Shown here one piece after another: positions 9,999-19,913 of a stretch of DNA of 64,000 nt. The DNA is from Candidatus Zixiibacteriota bacterium. Its GTDB lineage: Bacteria > Zixibacteria > MSB-5A5 > GN15 > FEB-12. A model generated the notes under the pieces. It did no database searches. It had not been told where the DNA came from and worked only from the letters and a program-made list of their open reading frames with translations. The translations under genes and the position numbers were made by a program. Position 1 is the first letter of the stretch. Each line of letters begins with the position of its first letter. Location of the stretch: assembly GCA_029860345.1 (NCBI GenBank), contig JAOUBJ010000011.1, positions 64,303 through 128,302 on the forward strand. The letters are read 5' to 3'.

Positions 9999-10262
9999 TT
10001 TGGTGTTCTTGGGTAGACGCGAAGGGCGAGAAACACGGCTTGACCGTGCTGTTCAAAAAGTAACTCCGATCAAAACTTGAACAATCGGCCAATCGATTGA
10101 ATCAATGTTGGTTACCGGAAATCCGGCTGGGATAGCATCTTTTGTCACCATAAGACATGCCATAACGTCTACCGAGGACTCCCTGTACTCACAGATCAAG
10201 CCGCCGGGTCCCTTGACCTTAGCAAAACTGTGCAAAGAGGCCTCTTTGGGAACGGTTTTTGT

Positions 10263-10291
10263 TTGTTTGGGGGCGGTTAAGATAGTATAAA
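10263..10291 (+). promoter_or_regulatory. candidate sigma70-type promoter for the 1172-aa gene
   Basis: TTGTTT (10263-10268), 17-nt spacer, TATAAA (10286-10291). A purine-rich 'AGGAAGAGGA' precedes the ATG at 10374. Confidence 0.3.
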
Positions 10292-10373
10292 GTCAGGCAG
10301 AGTGCCGATACTTAGGGTTTAAGGGGCACTCGTGCGGAGCGCCTCAAGAGGCGAATTAGGAAGAGGATAATCG

Positions 10374-13300
10374 ATGGACAAAAGGTACCACAAGTCACTC
10401 AACGGATGCATGGCATGGATCTTCGCGGCGATGGCTATGACAATCATCAGCACCGGACTAGTCGGGGTGGCGGTCGGACAGGACCTGACCCCCAGTGTCA
10501 ATTACTTCAATTTTGATTACGGCGCTGTGCCGACGTCCGATGAAATCGATTCAATCGTGGCCGGACGCTATGAAGCTTTGGTTACGGACATGTCCTACGG
10601 TTGGGGTTACGTCGACAAGTACAACGATTACGTTTTATATGATCCTGATCTGGAGTTCTACGTCTACCTCGACTTTGCCAATGTTCAGACAGCATCAGCC
10701 GCAATGGGGCGGGTCAACGAGGTTGTCGGCCCGTTGATGCAATCCGAAGGTCAGAACCCGGAGAATATGTATTGGCATTCGCGGGACTATACGCCGACCG
10801 GATGGGGCGCCTACGACGGTTACAACTCCAACATAGAGGGATCGCGGCTTCGCACCTACGGCGGTACGCGGCCACTGACCAATAACACCAACGCCAGTTT
10901 CCGTCGGCACTTCGTTGACGCCTATGTGGCCGGCATCAAGAACAAACATGCCGCTACGCGAAACTTCGACCTCACCGGGCTATGGTTCGACAACATGGGC
11001 ATACCCCAGGACTGCGGTGTATCGAGCCACGCTTCGGGTCGCTATATGTATGAGAACACACTGGGCGTCAACGCACAATTCGGTGGTGAGAACTGGTCCA
11101 GTTGGCACGGTGCCTACCGCGACACTGTGCTGTTGAAATACATGTCGCTTCTGGCCGATAGTATGATTGCTCGCACCGGAATGAAGTTGAACATCAACTC
11201 CATTGGCTGGGGTCACGGCATGGGCACCGAGTATGCCTATGGCTACCGTCCGGAGTACTTTGATCCTTCCATTAGCGGACCGGTCTCGCGCGAACACGAG
11301 TACGCCGGCACCCCGTATATGGGTTCGGTCTGCTTCTACCCCGGTCCCAACAACGGCGCTACAAGTATCGATAGCGCCTCGGCGGCGGCCGATTATTACC
11401 CCGGCACGATGTACAAAGGCATGGTGGCATGTTCGGAGGCCGAGGTGGAACACTGGTTCAATCCTTCCCACGGCAGCGATCCTTACGGTTTTACGAAATG
11501 GCATTACGACGGACTGGCTCTGTACTACCTGTGGCGAAGCGGCACCACTTATCTCAGTTTCGCCAACGATCCGGGCAACAATGGTTCGCTAAACTGGATC
11601 GACGGTGGTGGATCGGGCGGCCGATGTGTCCACGCCGGAATGCCGAACGACAGTTGTTATTGGCTTGATGCTCTCGGTGAACGAGTGGGCCGCGACGGTG
11701 CCAGTAAGGCCTGGGATCAAGATACCGTGCGCTGGTATGCGGCCAGTGTCACCTGCGATGATTGCATGATCGCCGAAGGCGCCGGCAAAGACAATGCCGG
11801 ACAAAACTGGGTAGTGTTCATGCGTCGCTGGATGGGTGATGACGCCTTCCAGTACATGGTTCTCTCCCGCCCCATGTCCACCTGGCAGACGACTTTCGCC
11901 GGTAGTAACGCTCCGGCCATCGAACTGATCGACGGACCCTGGCAGAAGATGGATCACGACGGCAACTGGGGTTCGCCGATCTCGACCGATGCCTTTCGTA
12001 ACGGCGAGGGCGGCATTTATCGCAAGGCTATGATCGGCGGCTGCACCTCACCGCCTGCCACGCCAACCCTGGCCGCTCCGGGCGACGGTGCCCCGGCTGG
12101 ATCGTATCGTCCAAGCTTGTGCGTTTACAACCCGCCGCCGGTGTCCGGATGCAACAATCCGGTGATCTACACGTTCGAGCTGTACCTTGACCCCGACCTG
12201 ACGGTCAGCGCCATGGCTCCTGTCACGGTGGCTGAACAATCCGTTTCCACCTGTTGGACACCGCTGTCGAATCTGGAAGCAGGCCGTGTTTACTACTGGC
12301 GGGCGCGTGCCTACAATGGCATGTTCAACTCGCCGTGGGCAGGGCCGTTCTCATTCTCGACGCCCAACACTCCTCCCCCGCCGCCGACTATATTCAACCC
12401 GGCCGACGGTGATACGGTCGGAACCCTGCAACCGCTGTTGAGCATAAACCAGAGTGTTGATCCAAATGGGACACCGGTGGTGTGCGAGTTTGTAATCTCC
12501 AAGTTCGAGGACTTCTCCACTCCTACGGCCACCGGATTGGTGCTTCGTGGTACCAGCCAGGTCGATTGGTCGGTGCCGGTGACGCTTGAAAACGGTGTCG
12601 CGTACTACTGGCGAGCGCGTTCCTCAGACTACATCGCCAACTCTGACTGGTGCGAGACCTGCCTATTCCTGATCGACGTGGCCGGAAACAATCCACCGTC
12701 GGCGCCCACGGTCATCAGTCCGGCCAGCGGCGACACCACCACGCAGGTCAATCCGCTCCTTACCGTACAGAATGGTTCCGACCCGGAGGGAGATCCATTG
12801 ACCTATAGTTTCGAAGTGTACGACGCCGGTATGACCGTTCTCCTGTCATCGACAAATAATGTATCCTCTGGCGCTCAGACTACCTCCTGGACAGTATCGC
12901 AGAGTCTGGCCGCCGATCAAAACTATCTGTGGCGGGCGCGTTGCTTCGACGGCGTCGGCTATTCGAGTTGGAGCGCGTCGGCCGCTTTCACCATCGCATC
13001 GGGTCAAGGGGCCAACCATCCCCCGACCATCCCGGTGCATCTGCTTCCGACCGACGGCGTTTCGGTGAGCGGCGAATCGATCCAAATGGTCATCGAAAAC
13101 TCGACCGACATTGACGGCGATTCGCTCTTCTACGATTTTTTCATCTACCTCCACCAGTCGGCCGATGGCCTTGTCGGGTCGGTCCGAAATCTGCCCGAAA
13201 CTCCGGGGCAAACCAGCGCCGAACTGCCGTTTACACCGGTCAACGGTCAAACCTACTGGTGGCGAGTGGGCGCCAATGATCGGGTCCACTGGACCGAGTT

Positions 13301-13892
13301 CACAGAGCCCACATCTTTCCGTTGGGTCAGTTTGGCCACTGATGCCGACGAGTACATCGCCGGGGCCGACCAACCACCGCCCGGTGCCACGGTGGGTTCG
13401 CGCAAGCCTACTTTGCGCGCTCGCAACATCACCGACCCGGGCCCTCATCAGTATCACTTTGATGTGTCTGTCGATTCCTCATTCGTCTCATCGGCAGCGT
13501 CCTCTCGTCCTATCGACGAAGGTAGTGACGGCTATACCGAATGGAAAGTCGATGAGCGGTTGGAACCGGGAGAGACATACTTCTGGCGCGTGAGAGCCGA
13601 CAACAATGCCTACTCGGCGCTCTCCAGTTTCACTGTCGCCACCAAGGTCTTTGCCTCGCCAAACCCGGTCTCGTTTCGCAAAGGCCAGGTGGTCACCTTT
13701 CACCTGCCGGCCAAACCGGTCGACTTGTTGATTCAATCGGTCTCCGGTGAGGCGGTGATTATCAGGGAGAGCATATCCGGAGAGTGGGTATGGGATGGCC
13801 GTAACGCATCCGGCAACAGTATAGCATCGGGTGTGTATTCCTGGTTCATTCGAGGCTACGATGCAGACGGAAAACTTGTGGTGAAACCATAA
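10374..13892 (+). CDS. secreted multidomain protein: unknown ~520-aa N-terminal domain, five tandem ~105-aa repeats, and a T9SS type-A/FlgD-Ig-like C-terminal domain
   Basis: Signal-peptide-like 'MAWIFAAMAMTIISTGLVGVAVGQ'. Repeats are marked by YYWRAR (aa 640), YYWRAR (744), YLWRAR (851), YWWRVG (961) and YFWRVR (1069). C-terminus 'SPNPVSF...VWDGRNASGNSIASGVYSWFI...' resembles a Por-secretion-tail/FlgD-Ig domain. Confidence 0.8.
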   Translation: MDKRYHKSLNGCMAWIFAAMAMTIISTGLVGVAVGQDLTPSVNYFNFDYGAVPTSDEIDSIVAGRYEALVTDMSYGWGYVDKYNDYVLYDPDLEFYVYLDFANVQTASAAMGRVNEVVGPLMQSEGQNPENMYWHSRDYTPTGWGAYDGYNSNIEGSRLRTYGGTRPLTNNTNASFRRHFVDAYVAGIKNKHAATRNFDLTGLWFDNMGIPQDCGVSSHASGRYMYENTLGVNAQFGGENWSSWHGAYRDTVLLKYMSLLADSMIARTGMKLNINSIGWGHGMGTEYAYGYRPEYFDPSISGPVSREHEYAGTPYMGSVCFYPGPNNGATSIDSASAAADYYPGTMYKGMVACSEAEVEHWFNPSHGSDPYGFTKWHYDGLALYYLWRSGTTYLSFANDPGNNGSLNWIDGGGSGGRCVHAGMPNDSCYWLDALGERVGRDGASKAWDQDTVRWYAASVTCDDCMIAEGAGKDNAGQNWVVFMRRWMGDDAFQYMVLSRPMSTWQTTFAGSNAPAIELIDGPWQKMDHDGNWGSPISTDAFRNGEGGIYRKAMIGGCTSPPATPTLAAPGDGAPAGSYRPSLCVYNPPPVSGCNNPVIYTFELYLDPDLTVSAMAPVTVAEQSVSTCWTPLSNLEAGRVYYWRARAYNGMFNSPWAGPFSFSTPNTPPPPPTIFNPADGDTVGTLQPLLSINQSVDPNGTPVVCEFVISKFEDFSTPTATGLVLRGTSQVDWSVPVTLENGVAYYWRARSSDYIANSDWCETCLFLIDVAGNNPPSAPTVISPASGDTTTQVNPLLTVQNGSDPEGDPLTYSFEVYDAGMTVLLSSTNNVSSGAQTTSWTVSQSLAADQNYLWRARCFDGVGYSSWSASAAFTIASGQGANHPPTIPVHLLPTDGVSVSGESIQMVIENSTDIDGDSLFYDFFIYLHQSADGLVGSVRNLPETPGQTSAELPFTPVNGQTYWWRVGANDRVHWTEFTEPTSFRWVSLATDADEYIAGADQPPPGATVGSRKPTLRARNITDPGPHQYHFDVSVDSSFVSSAASSRPIDEGSDGYTEWKVDERLEPGETYFWRVRADNNAYSALSSFTVATKVFASPNPVSFRKGQVVTFHLPAKPVDLLIQSVSGEAVIIRESISGEWVWDGRNASGNSIASGVYSWFIRGYDADGKLVVKP

Positions 13893-13929
13893 CAATGTAG
13901 ACTGCGATTCTATTGCGACCCTGTCCGAA

Positions 13930-13963
13930 CAGCCGTCTGCGACCTGCGGACGGCTGTTTTTTT
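13930..13963 (+). terminator. rho-independent terminator downstream of the 1172-aa gene
   Basis: Stem CAGCCGTC (13930-13937) / GACGGCTG (13949-13956), followed by TTTTTTT (13957-13963). Confidence 0.7.
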
Positions 13964-13989
13964 GAGGCTTGTACAAACGTCCTTACACA

Positions 13990-14433
13990 GTAGGTCAGGA
14001 GCCCTGTGCTCCTGACAATATCACGCACTGCTATCTGCGCAGGGCAGAACCGCTACTGGTCCGGCCGATATTCGTGGGCTGCGGGGTGGAAGCCACTTGT
14101 GGCCGTCCTCGTCTGCCTGTGACAATGGCGGGTTCACGCCACGGCGCGCAGGCGAAGACGGACCCGCCCTACTGAAGATGACGCGGGGGCATTAGATTCA
14201 TGCCTCGACTCCGCTCGGCATGACATGAATACGCGCGAGGCACGAAAAACAGGCTTGCCTGTGTCCGTCATGCTGGCGCAGGCCAGCATCCAGTCTTTGA
14301 ACACCGACCTGGATTCCGGCCTTCGCCGGAATGACGTGCACTGAATCTTTCGCCATTGGGCGGGCAAACCACCTCTAGCCGCCCTAGTCTGCCGCTTCAC
14401 AATGGCGGAACCGCTAAGAGGGTTCCGCCCTAC
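13990..14433. repeat. mosaic array of short palindromic repeat units (array R2)
   Basis: GTAGGTCAGGAGCCCTGTGCTCCTGAC at 13990-14020. The GGCGGGTTCACGCC...GCGCAGGCGAAGACGG...CCCTAC unit at 14122-14172. GCGCGAGGCACGAAAAACAGGCTTGCC at 14231-14261. Two GTCAT-hairpin units in opposite orientation at 14267-14295 and 14309-14335. CAATGGCGGAACCGCTAAGAGGGTTCCGCCCTAC at 14398-14433. Confidence 0.9.
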
Positions 14434-14592
14434 TATTGACAGCAGCGGCACTCCGTCAGTCCCCCATACTTGCATGGCCCACGAAGACGCACACCGTGCA
14501 CGGTTTGGTCCGCTTGGATATATAAACCACTTTCAACTTGAAAACGACATCGATCGTACAGATATTAGTGACAACTATGAAAGCACTGTTTC

Positions 14593-15216
14593 ATGTTTGG
14601 TGATGACTTAATCCAACGTGCCATTCTGGCCACCCCGGCTATTCTGTTTGCACTGACTGTGCATGAGTACTTCCACGCCTGGACGGCGCTTCGATATGGC
14701 GACAGCACGGCCAGCGACATGGGACGCCTGACATTAAACCCGCTGTCCCATCTCGATCTTATGGGGACGGCGGTCTTCTTTATTTCTCAGTTCACTTTTG
14801 GCTGGGCCAAACCAGTCCCGGTGAATCTGTTGAACGTGCGTGGCAATGTGCGTGTGGCGGACTTTTGGATTTCGGCTGCCGGGCCGATCTCTAACATGGG
14901 GCTGGCACTTATTTTCGGAATCCTGTACCGGCTCGCCGACGGATTTGGATTCGCCGAGACGGGAGGAGCCATGAAGTTGCTTTTTGAATGCGTGAGGATC
15001 AATGTAGCGTTGGCCTTCTTCAATCTCATTCCAATGTATCCGTTGGACGGCTCACATATACTCAGAAATGTCCTACCGGTAGAGTACGAAGAGTCCATCA
15101 TGAAATTCGAACGAATTGCACCCATACTCTTGCTGTTGATGGTTGTCACCGGAATGTTTGGGTATATACTCGTTCCTATAATCTGGCCCATTATTTACCT
15201 CTTCACGGGTTATTGA
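14593..15216 (+). CDS. site-2 protease family (M50) zinc metalloprotease
   Basis: 'LTVHEYFHAW' HExxH motif inside a TM segment, 'NLIPMYPLDGSHIL' second metal-ligand motif, polytopic. Confidence 0.8.
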   Translation: MFGDDLIQRAILATPAILFALTVHEYFHAWTALRYGDSTASDMGRLTLNPLSHLDLMGTAVFFISQFTFGWAKPVPVNLLNVRGNVRVADFWISAAGPISNMGLALIFGILYRLADGFGFAETGGAMKLLFECVRINVALAFFNLIPMYPLDGSHILRNVLPVEYEESIMKFERIAPILLLLMVVTGMFGYILVPIIWPIIYLFTGY

Positions 15217-15217
15217 C

Positions 15218-15913
15218 GTGGCCGGCTGTAGAACCTTCAAACAGACCTTCGCTATAGCTGCCGGTGCCGTGTTTCTCCTGTCGAACTGCGGACCGAAGTT
15301 TACAACCGAGCCGAGCGTGGATGCATACCAAGCCAAGGGACCCGGCAAAAAGGTGCGAGTGGAAGCCTATCTGTTCGATGCAAAAATCCGTTTGGACGGC
15401 AAGCCGACGTCGCTGCGACTTGAGTTGTTTCAGACTGACTCGGTGGTTGCGCTGGGCGCGCGGGGATACCTGGGCAAAGGGGCGCTCAAAGGGCGGCTGA
15501 CATCGGATAGCATCGAAGCCTTCTTCCCCACCAGAAACGAATACTTGCACGAAGCCGTGCGAGACATGCTGTTCAGTTCAAGTTGCACCCATGCGATCGA
15601 CCCACTGGATTTCCCCGGCCTGTTGCGTACTCTGCCGGATAGGATGGATCTTGGCGCCGGACTGATCGTTCAACGAGAGGACTCAAAAAGCAAACTTCGT
15701 CGATATACGCTCACCTGGCCTGAGTGCACCTGGCGCCTTGAGATGACATACGACAAACGTAAAGCGGGCTGGCGACTATCTGAGCTTTTGTTCGACAATG
15801 GGACCGATGTTTCTTTCACGGCCAGGCGGCGCGCCCACAAAGCCTCGACCCGAGTAAACAAAAACAAGTTTGAGCTCTCGGTCGACCCCCAGGCGATTCG
15901 CATAACTCCCTAA
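15218..15913 (+). CDS. hypothetical lipoprotein
   Basis: GTG start directly after the upstream stop. 'AAGAVFLLSNC' is a lipobox-like signal. No family recognised with confidence. Confidence 0.5.
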   Translation: MAGCRTFKQTFAIAAGAVFLLSNCGPKFTTEPSVDAYQAKGPGKKVRVEAYLFDAKIRLDGKPTSLRLELFQTDSVVALGARGYLGKGALKGRLTSDSIEAFFPTRNEYLHEAVRDMLFSSSCTHAIDPLDFPGLLRTLPDRMDLGAGLIVQREDSKSKLRRYTLTWPECTWRLEMTYDKRKAGWRLSELLFDNGTDVSFTARRRAHKASTRVNKNKFELSVDPQAIRITP

Positions 15914-15992
15914 CCGCAAGCCGCTTATACGAGTTGACTTAGGGCTGCGTTTGTGGCATATTTAGGTTTATGCACGTTTTTGGTGAAATGAC

Positions 15993-17942
15993 ATGACTCT
16001 GTACCGACGAACATTCTCGATCCTGCGACCGTACATCGGTCAACTGATCACGGCATCGCTATCGGCGGCCATTCATGCCTTGCTCTCCGGACTCATGGTC
16101 TGGATGGCCGGGCCTTTGCTGATGACCTTGTTCCAGGTGCAGACAGTTCCGGGATTAGACCAAACCGATAGTGTCGCACACTCAACGGCACAACCGGGAG
16201 AGCAACCGACCGACGACACAGGGCTGCTCAGCGGCGTCTCAAGCTCCATCGAAAAAGTGCGCACATGGATGAAGGGTTGGGTGAACAGTCTGGTAGAGGC
16301 CGAAACACGACGGGACACCCTGTTCAATTTCTGCTGGCTGATACTCTTGATCGCTCTGGGAAAGAACCTGTTTAATTACCTGCAGGGCTTCTTCATGGCC
16401 TTCGTGCAGCAATCGGTCGTGCGAAGTTTGCGCGACCGCCTCTTCGAGAAGTATCAGCGCTTGTCACTGGCCTACTTCCACCGTCGACGCACCGGACAAA
16501 TCATGTCGCGCGTTACCAACGACGTCATAGTACTCAACGAATCGGTCGACATCGGATTCAACCACCTGGTCGCCGACACGGTCATGGCCCTGAGCTTCTT
16601 CTCGTTTTTGATAATCCTGAGTTGGAAACTGACTCTTCTGGCCATGATAGTACTGCCCGTCGTGTTCGGGTTCATCTGGTTCGTGGGGAAAACTCTCAGA
16701 CGCTACTCGGAACGTACCCAACAGCGGATGGCCGATGTCAACTCGGTGCTGGAAGAAGCGATCAACAACACCCGGATCGTCAAAGCCTTCTCTATGGAGA
16801 AATTCGAAACCAACAAATTCGTCCAGACGACCGCCGACTACTTCAGGTCTTTGTTGCGCATGACCCGAATCCGCCACCTCGCCTCGCCGATCAACGACAC
16901 ATTGATTAGCGTGGCCGGTGTGGTCATTCTCATGTACGCCGGGGCTCGCATTATCGCCGGGACCGGTGAACTCGACGCCGGTGACTTCATGACTTTCATA
17001 ATCGCCATGTTCGCCATGATCAAACCGGTGAAATCGCTCAGCCAGGTGCATATAAAGCTGCAAGAGGGTATGGCCGCCGCCGAACGAATCTTCAGAGTAT
17101 TGGAGGCCGACGAAACCATATCCGACCCGGCCCAACCTAAGCATGTCGAGACTTTCCGAGACGTCATAAGGTACCAAAGGATCGACTTCAGTTACAACCC
17201 CGGCGAACCGGTGCTGTCCGACGTATCTTTCGACATCCGGTATGGCCAGGTGGTTGCCATTGTTGGACCCTCGGGTGCCGGAAAATCGACCCTCCTTGAT
17301 TTGTTGCCGCGCTTCTATGATCCGCAAGGTGGTTCGATCACCATCGACGGGATCGCTATCTCCGAACTGTCACTGGCCTCTCTTCGCGGGCTGATGGGCA
17401 TCGTAACGCAGGAGACTTTTCTGTTCAACGATACCATCTTCAACAATGTCGCCTATGGCCTTACCGATGTTTCACGCGACCGAGTGGTGGAAGCAGCCCG
17501 CATGGCGAACGCCGACCGATTCATCCGGGAGTTCGAGAACGGCTACGATACACTGGTGGGCAATCGCGGCGTGATGCTATCGGGGGGCCAACGACAACGT
17601 TTGGCCATCGCACGCGCCTTGCTCAAAAACCCCCAGATTCTGATTTTTGACGAAGCTACTTCGGCGCTGGATACCGAATCGGAACTGCTGGTGCAGGAAG
17701 CGATCAGTCGGCTTATGAAGAACCGCACCACCCTGGTGGTGGCCCATCGGTTGTCAACTATTGTCAACGCCGATCGTATCGTTGTTCTCAAGGACGGGCG
17801 GATCGTGGAGGAAGGTCGTCATGAAGAACTCCTGCAGTCAGAAGGATTGTACCATCGTCTCTACATGATGCAATTCAAAAACGGCGAATCCGACCCGGCA
17901 TCAGGCTCTCAGAAAACGACGATTGAAAGGGAGGATGCGTAG
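15993..17942 (+). CDS. msbA: ABC transporter, fused permease/ATPase, MsbA-like lipid exporter
   Basis: Walker A 'GPSGAGKST', signature 'LSGGQRQR', Walker B 'ILIFDEATSALD'. N-terminal 6-TM exporter domain. Followed by LPS-core glycosyltransferases. Confidence 0.8.
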   Translation: MTLYRRTFSILRPYIGQLITASLSAAIHALLSGLMVWMAGPLLMTLFQVQTVPGLDQTDSVAHSTAQPGEQPTDDTGLLSGVSSSIEKVRTWMKGWVNSLVEAETRRDTLFNFCWLILLIALGKNLFNYLQGFFMAFVQQSVVRSLRDRLFEKYQRLSLAYFHRRRTGQIMSRVTNDVIVLNESVDIGFNHLVADTVMALSFFSFLIILSWKLTLLAMIVLPVVFGFIWFVGKTLRRYSERTQQRMADVNSVLEEAINNTRIVKAFSMEKFETNKFVQTTADYFRSLLRMTRIRHLASPINDTLISVAGVVILMYAGARIIAGTGELDAGDFMTFIIAMFAMIKPVKSLSQVHIKLQEGMAAAERIFRVLEADETISDPAQPKHVETFRDVIRYQRIDFSYNPGEPVLSDVSFDIRYGQVVAIVGPSGAGKSTLLDLLPRFYDPQGGSITIDGIAISELSLASLRGLMGIVTQETFLFNDTIFNNVAYGLTDVSRDRVVEAARMANADRFIREFENGYDTLVGNRGVMLSGGQRQRLAIARALLKNPQILIFDEATSALDTESELLVQEAISRLMKNRTTLVVAHRLSTIVNADRIVVLKDGRIVEEGRHEELLQSEGLYHRLYMMQFKNGESDPASGSQKTTIEREDA

Positions 17943-19079
17943 ATGCCCTCCCCTACCGTTAAGAAAACCGAACTTGGTTTCAAGAGATTCTTGCACCATC
18001 TGTTTCACTTGATCCTGCCAAGCGGAGACAGCACACGCATACCCGTGCCTGCCGAGGAGGTTGGCTCGATACTGATCCTGCGTCCGGACAAACTGGGAGA
18101 CATGATTACGACCATCCCGGTCGCTCACGCCTTGAAGAAGATGTTCGGGCATATACGGATTGAAATCATCGCTTCTCCCCTGAACCGTCAACTGGTCGTG
18201 GACGATCCCTGTTTCGATGCGGTACATACTTATCGCAAGAACATCCTGAAGGACCTGCCGCTGATTTTCACGCTCAGAAAGAAACGGTATGATATCGTTT
18301 TCGATCCTATCTGCCACGACTCCGTAACCGGGCTGCTCTTGTCGCGCTTGATCAGCAACGGGGCGATCAGAGCGGCCGCCCGCAAGCTGGACCTGATGAG
18401 TTTCTATGACTACTGTGAACCGTTTCAGCCGGAGGGTGAAGAACACAACATCGACAATAATCTTCTTGTGTTCAATCTGTTCGGCGTTGCGCCCGAGACG
18501 GTAGACCCGTTCATGCCGGTTTACCTGCCCGAGGATTGTCAGACCAAGGCCGCCGCCTTTGTTCAAACACTCTCAGAAGATCGCACCTTTCGCGTCGGTA
18601 TCAATATCTCAGCCGGCAGCCCGACCAGGAACCTGGCCCTGTCCAAGTTCAGTGCTCTTATCGATGGAATTATCGCAGAACATGCCGGTGTGCAGTGCGT
18701 AATCGTATGCACCTCGGGTGATCGTGAACGCGGTCGACAACTGGTAGAGAATCGCGAGGGAAAGGCGTACCTGGTTCCCCAGGGTTTGTCTCTTTTGGAA
18801 GCGGCTGCGATCATTGAGAAGTTTGATTTGTTTGTCAGTCCGGATACCTCGCTGATTCACATGGCCCGGCTTATGAGAGTCCCTGTTGTCGGTCTCTACA
18901 GCGGTCATCTGCGCAACTACCATTTTTGGAAACCGTATCGGCAGGAGCACGGGTCGGTGGTGTCGTCTCATCCGGGACATCTTCACGATATCGAAGTAAG
19001 CCGGATTCTGGAAGAGGTCGACAAATTGCTCAAATCGGTCTACCCCGACGGCACGGCCAGGATAACTCCATCGCGATGA
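17943..19079 (+). CDS. glycosyltransferase family 9 (heptosyltransferase-like)
   Basis: 'ILILRPDKLGDMI' N-terminal motif and 'SPDTSLIHMARLMRVPVVGLY' C-terminal motif, both typical of GT9. Confidence 0.7.
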   Translation: MPSPTVKKTELGFKRFLHHLFHLILPSGDSTRIPVPAEEVGSILILRPDKLGDMITTIPVAHALKKMFGHIRIEIIASPLNRQLVVDDPCFDAVHTYRKNILKDLPLIFTLRKKRYDIVFDPICHDSVTGLLLSRLISNGAIRAAARKLDLMSFYDYCEPFQPEGEEHNIDNNLLVFNLFGVAPETVDPFMPVYLPEDCQTKAAAFVQTLSEDRTFRVGINISAGSPTRNLALSKFSALIDGIIAEHAGVQCVIVCTSGDRERGRQLVENREGKAYLVPQGLSLLEAAAIIEKFDLFVSPDTSLIHMARLMRVPVVGLYSGHLRNYHFWKPYRQEHGSVVSSHPGHLHDIEVSRILEEVDKLLKSVYPDGTARITPSR

Positions 19080-19086
19080 GTTGGGA

Positions 19087-19905
19087 ATGGATGCGAAGAC
19101 GAAGCCAATGAACGATGCTGCAGACAACACTCCGGATACGGCCGAAACGATCTCGGCCGTAATAATCACCAAAAACGAGGAAGCCAATATTGCCCGCTGC
19201 CTGAAGGCGCTGTCGTGGGTTGACGAGATTGTCGTGGTCGACTCGGGATCGAACGACGATACTCGCCAGCTAGCCACCGAACTGGGTGCCGCGGTTTTTG
19301 AGGCGGACTGGAACGGATTTGGACCAACCAAAGCGTTGGGTGTGGACAAAGCCACCAGTCAGTGGATAATTTCTGTTGACGCCGACGAAGTCGTATCGCC
19401 TCAACTGGCGAGTGAGATTCAAAAGGTCCTGATCGACGGCACCGACCACCACGGTTTCGACATGCCACGCAAGACCAATTTCCTCGGTCGCTGGATTCAT
19501 CATTGCGGCTGGTATCCCGACCGCGTGCTGCGCCTGTTTCTCAAAGCACACGGCAATTTTAACGACGCACCGGTGCATGAGCGAGTCGTTCTCAAGGGCG
19601 ACATCGGTCATCTCAAAGAGTATCTGCTGCATTACAGTTATCCTTCGCTGGAGCATTACCTGGTGAAGTCCAACCGATACACGACGCTAGGCGCCCAAAA
19701 AGCTCTGACTGATGGACGACGGGCTAACTGGTTTGATATTGTCATTCGGCCGACAGTGTCGTTTCTTAGTCATTATATATCTCGTCAAGGTTTTCGTGAC
19801 GGCCTGGAGGGGTTGTTGATCTCGGTATTGTCGGCGGTCGCCGTTATGATGAAGTACTCAAAGCTGCGTGTATTGCAGAACGAACAGAGAAGAAGAGAAA
19901 CTTAG
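19087..19905 (+). CDS. glycosyltransferase family 2 (LPS-core type)
   Basis: 'ISAVIITKNEEANIARCL', 'VVVDSGSNDDT' and 'SVDADE' (DxD-like). ATG at 19087 preferred to TTG at 19081. Confidence 0.7.
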   Translation: MDAKTKPMNDAADNTPDTAETISAVIITKNEEANIARCLKALSWVDEIVVVDSGSNDDTRQLATELGAAVFEADWNGFGPTKALGVDKATSQWIISVDADEVVSPQLASEIQKVLIDGTDHHGFDMPRKTNFLGRWIHHCGWYPDRVLRLFLKAHGNFNDAPVHERVVLKGDIGHLKEYLLHYSYPSLEHYLVKSNRYTTLGAQKALTDGRRANWFDIVIRPTVSFLSHYISRQGFRDGLEGLLISVLSAVAVMMKYSKLRVLQNEQRRRET

Positions 19906-19913
19906 GTTTAGTG

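Noticed and set aside
16464-17327. 287-aa ORF on the - strand
   Set aside because: Antisense to the MsbA-like ABC exporter. No motifs. Composition artefact.
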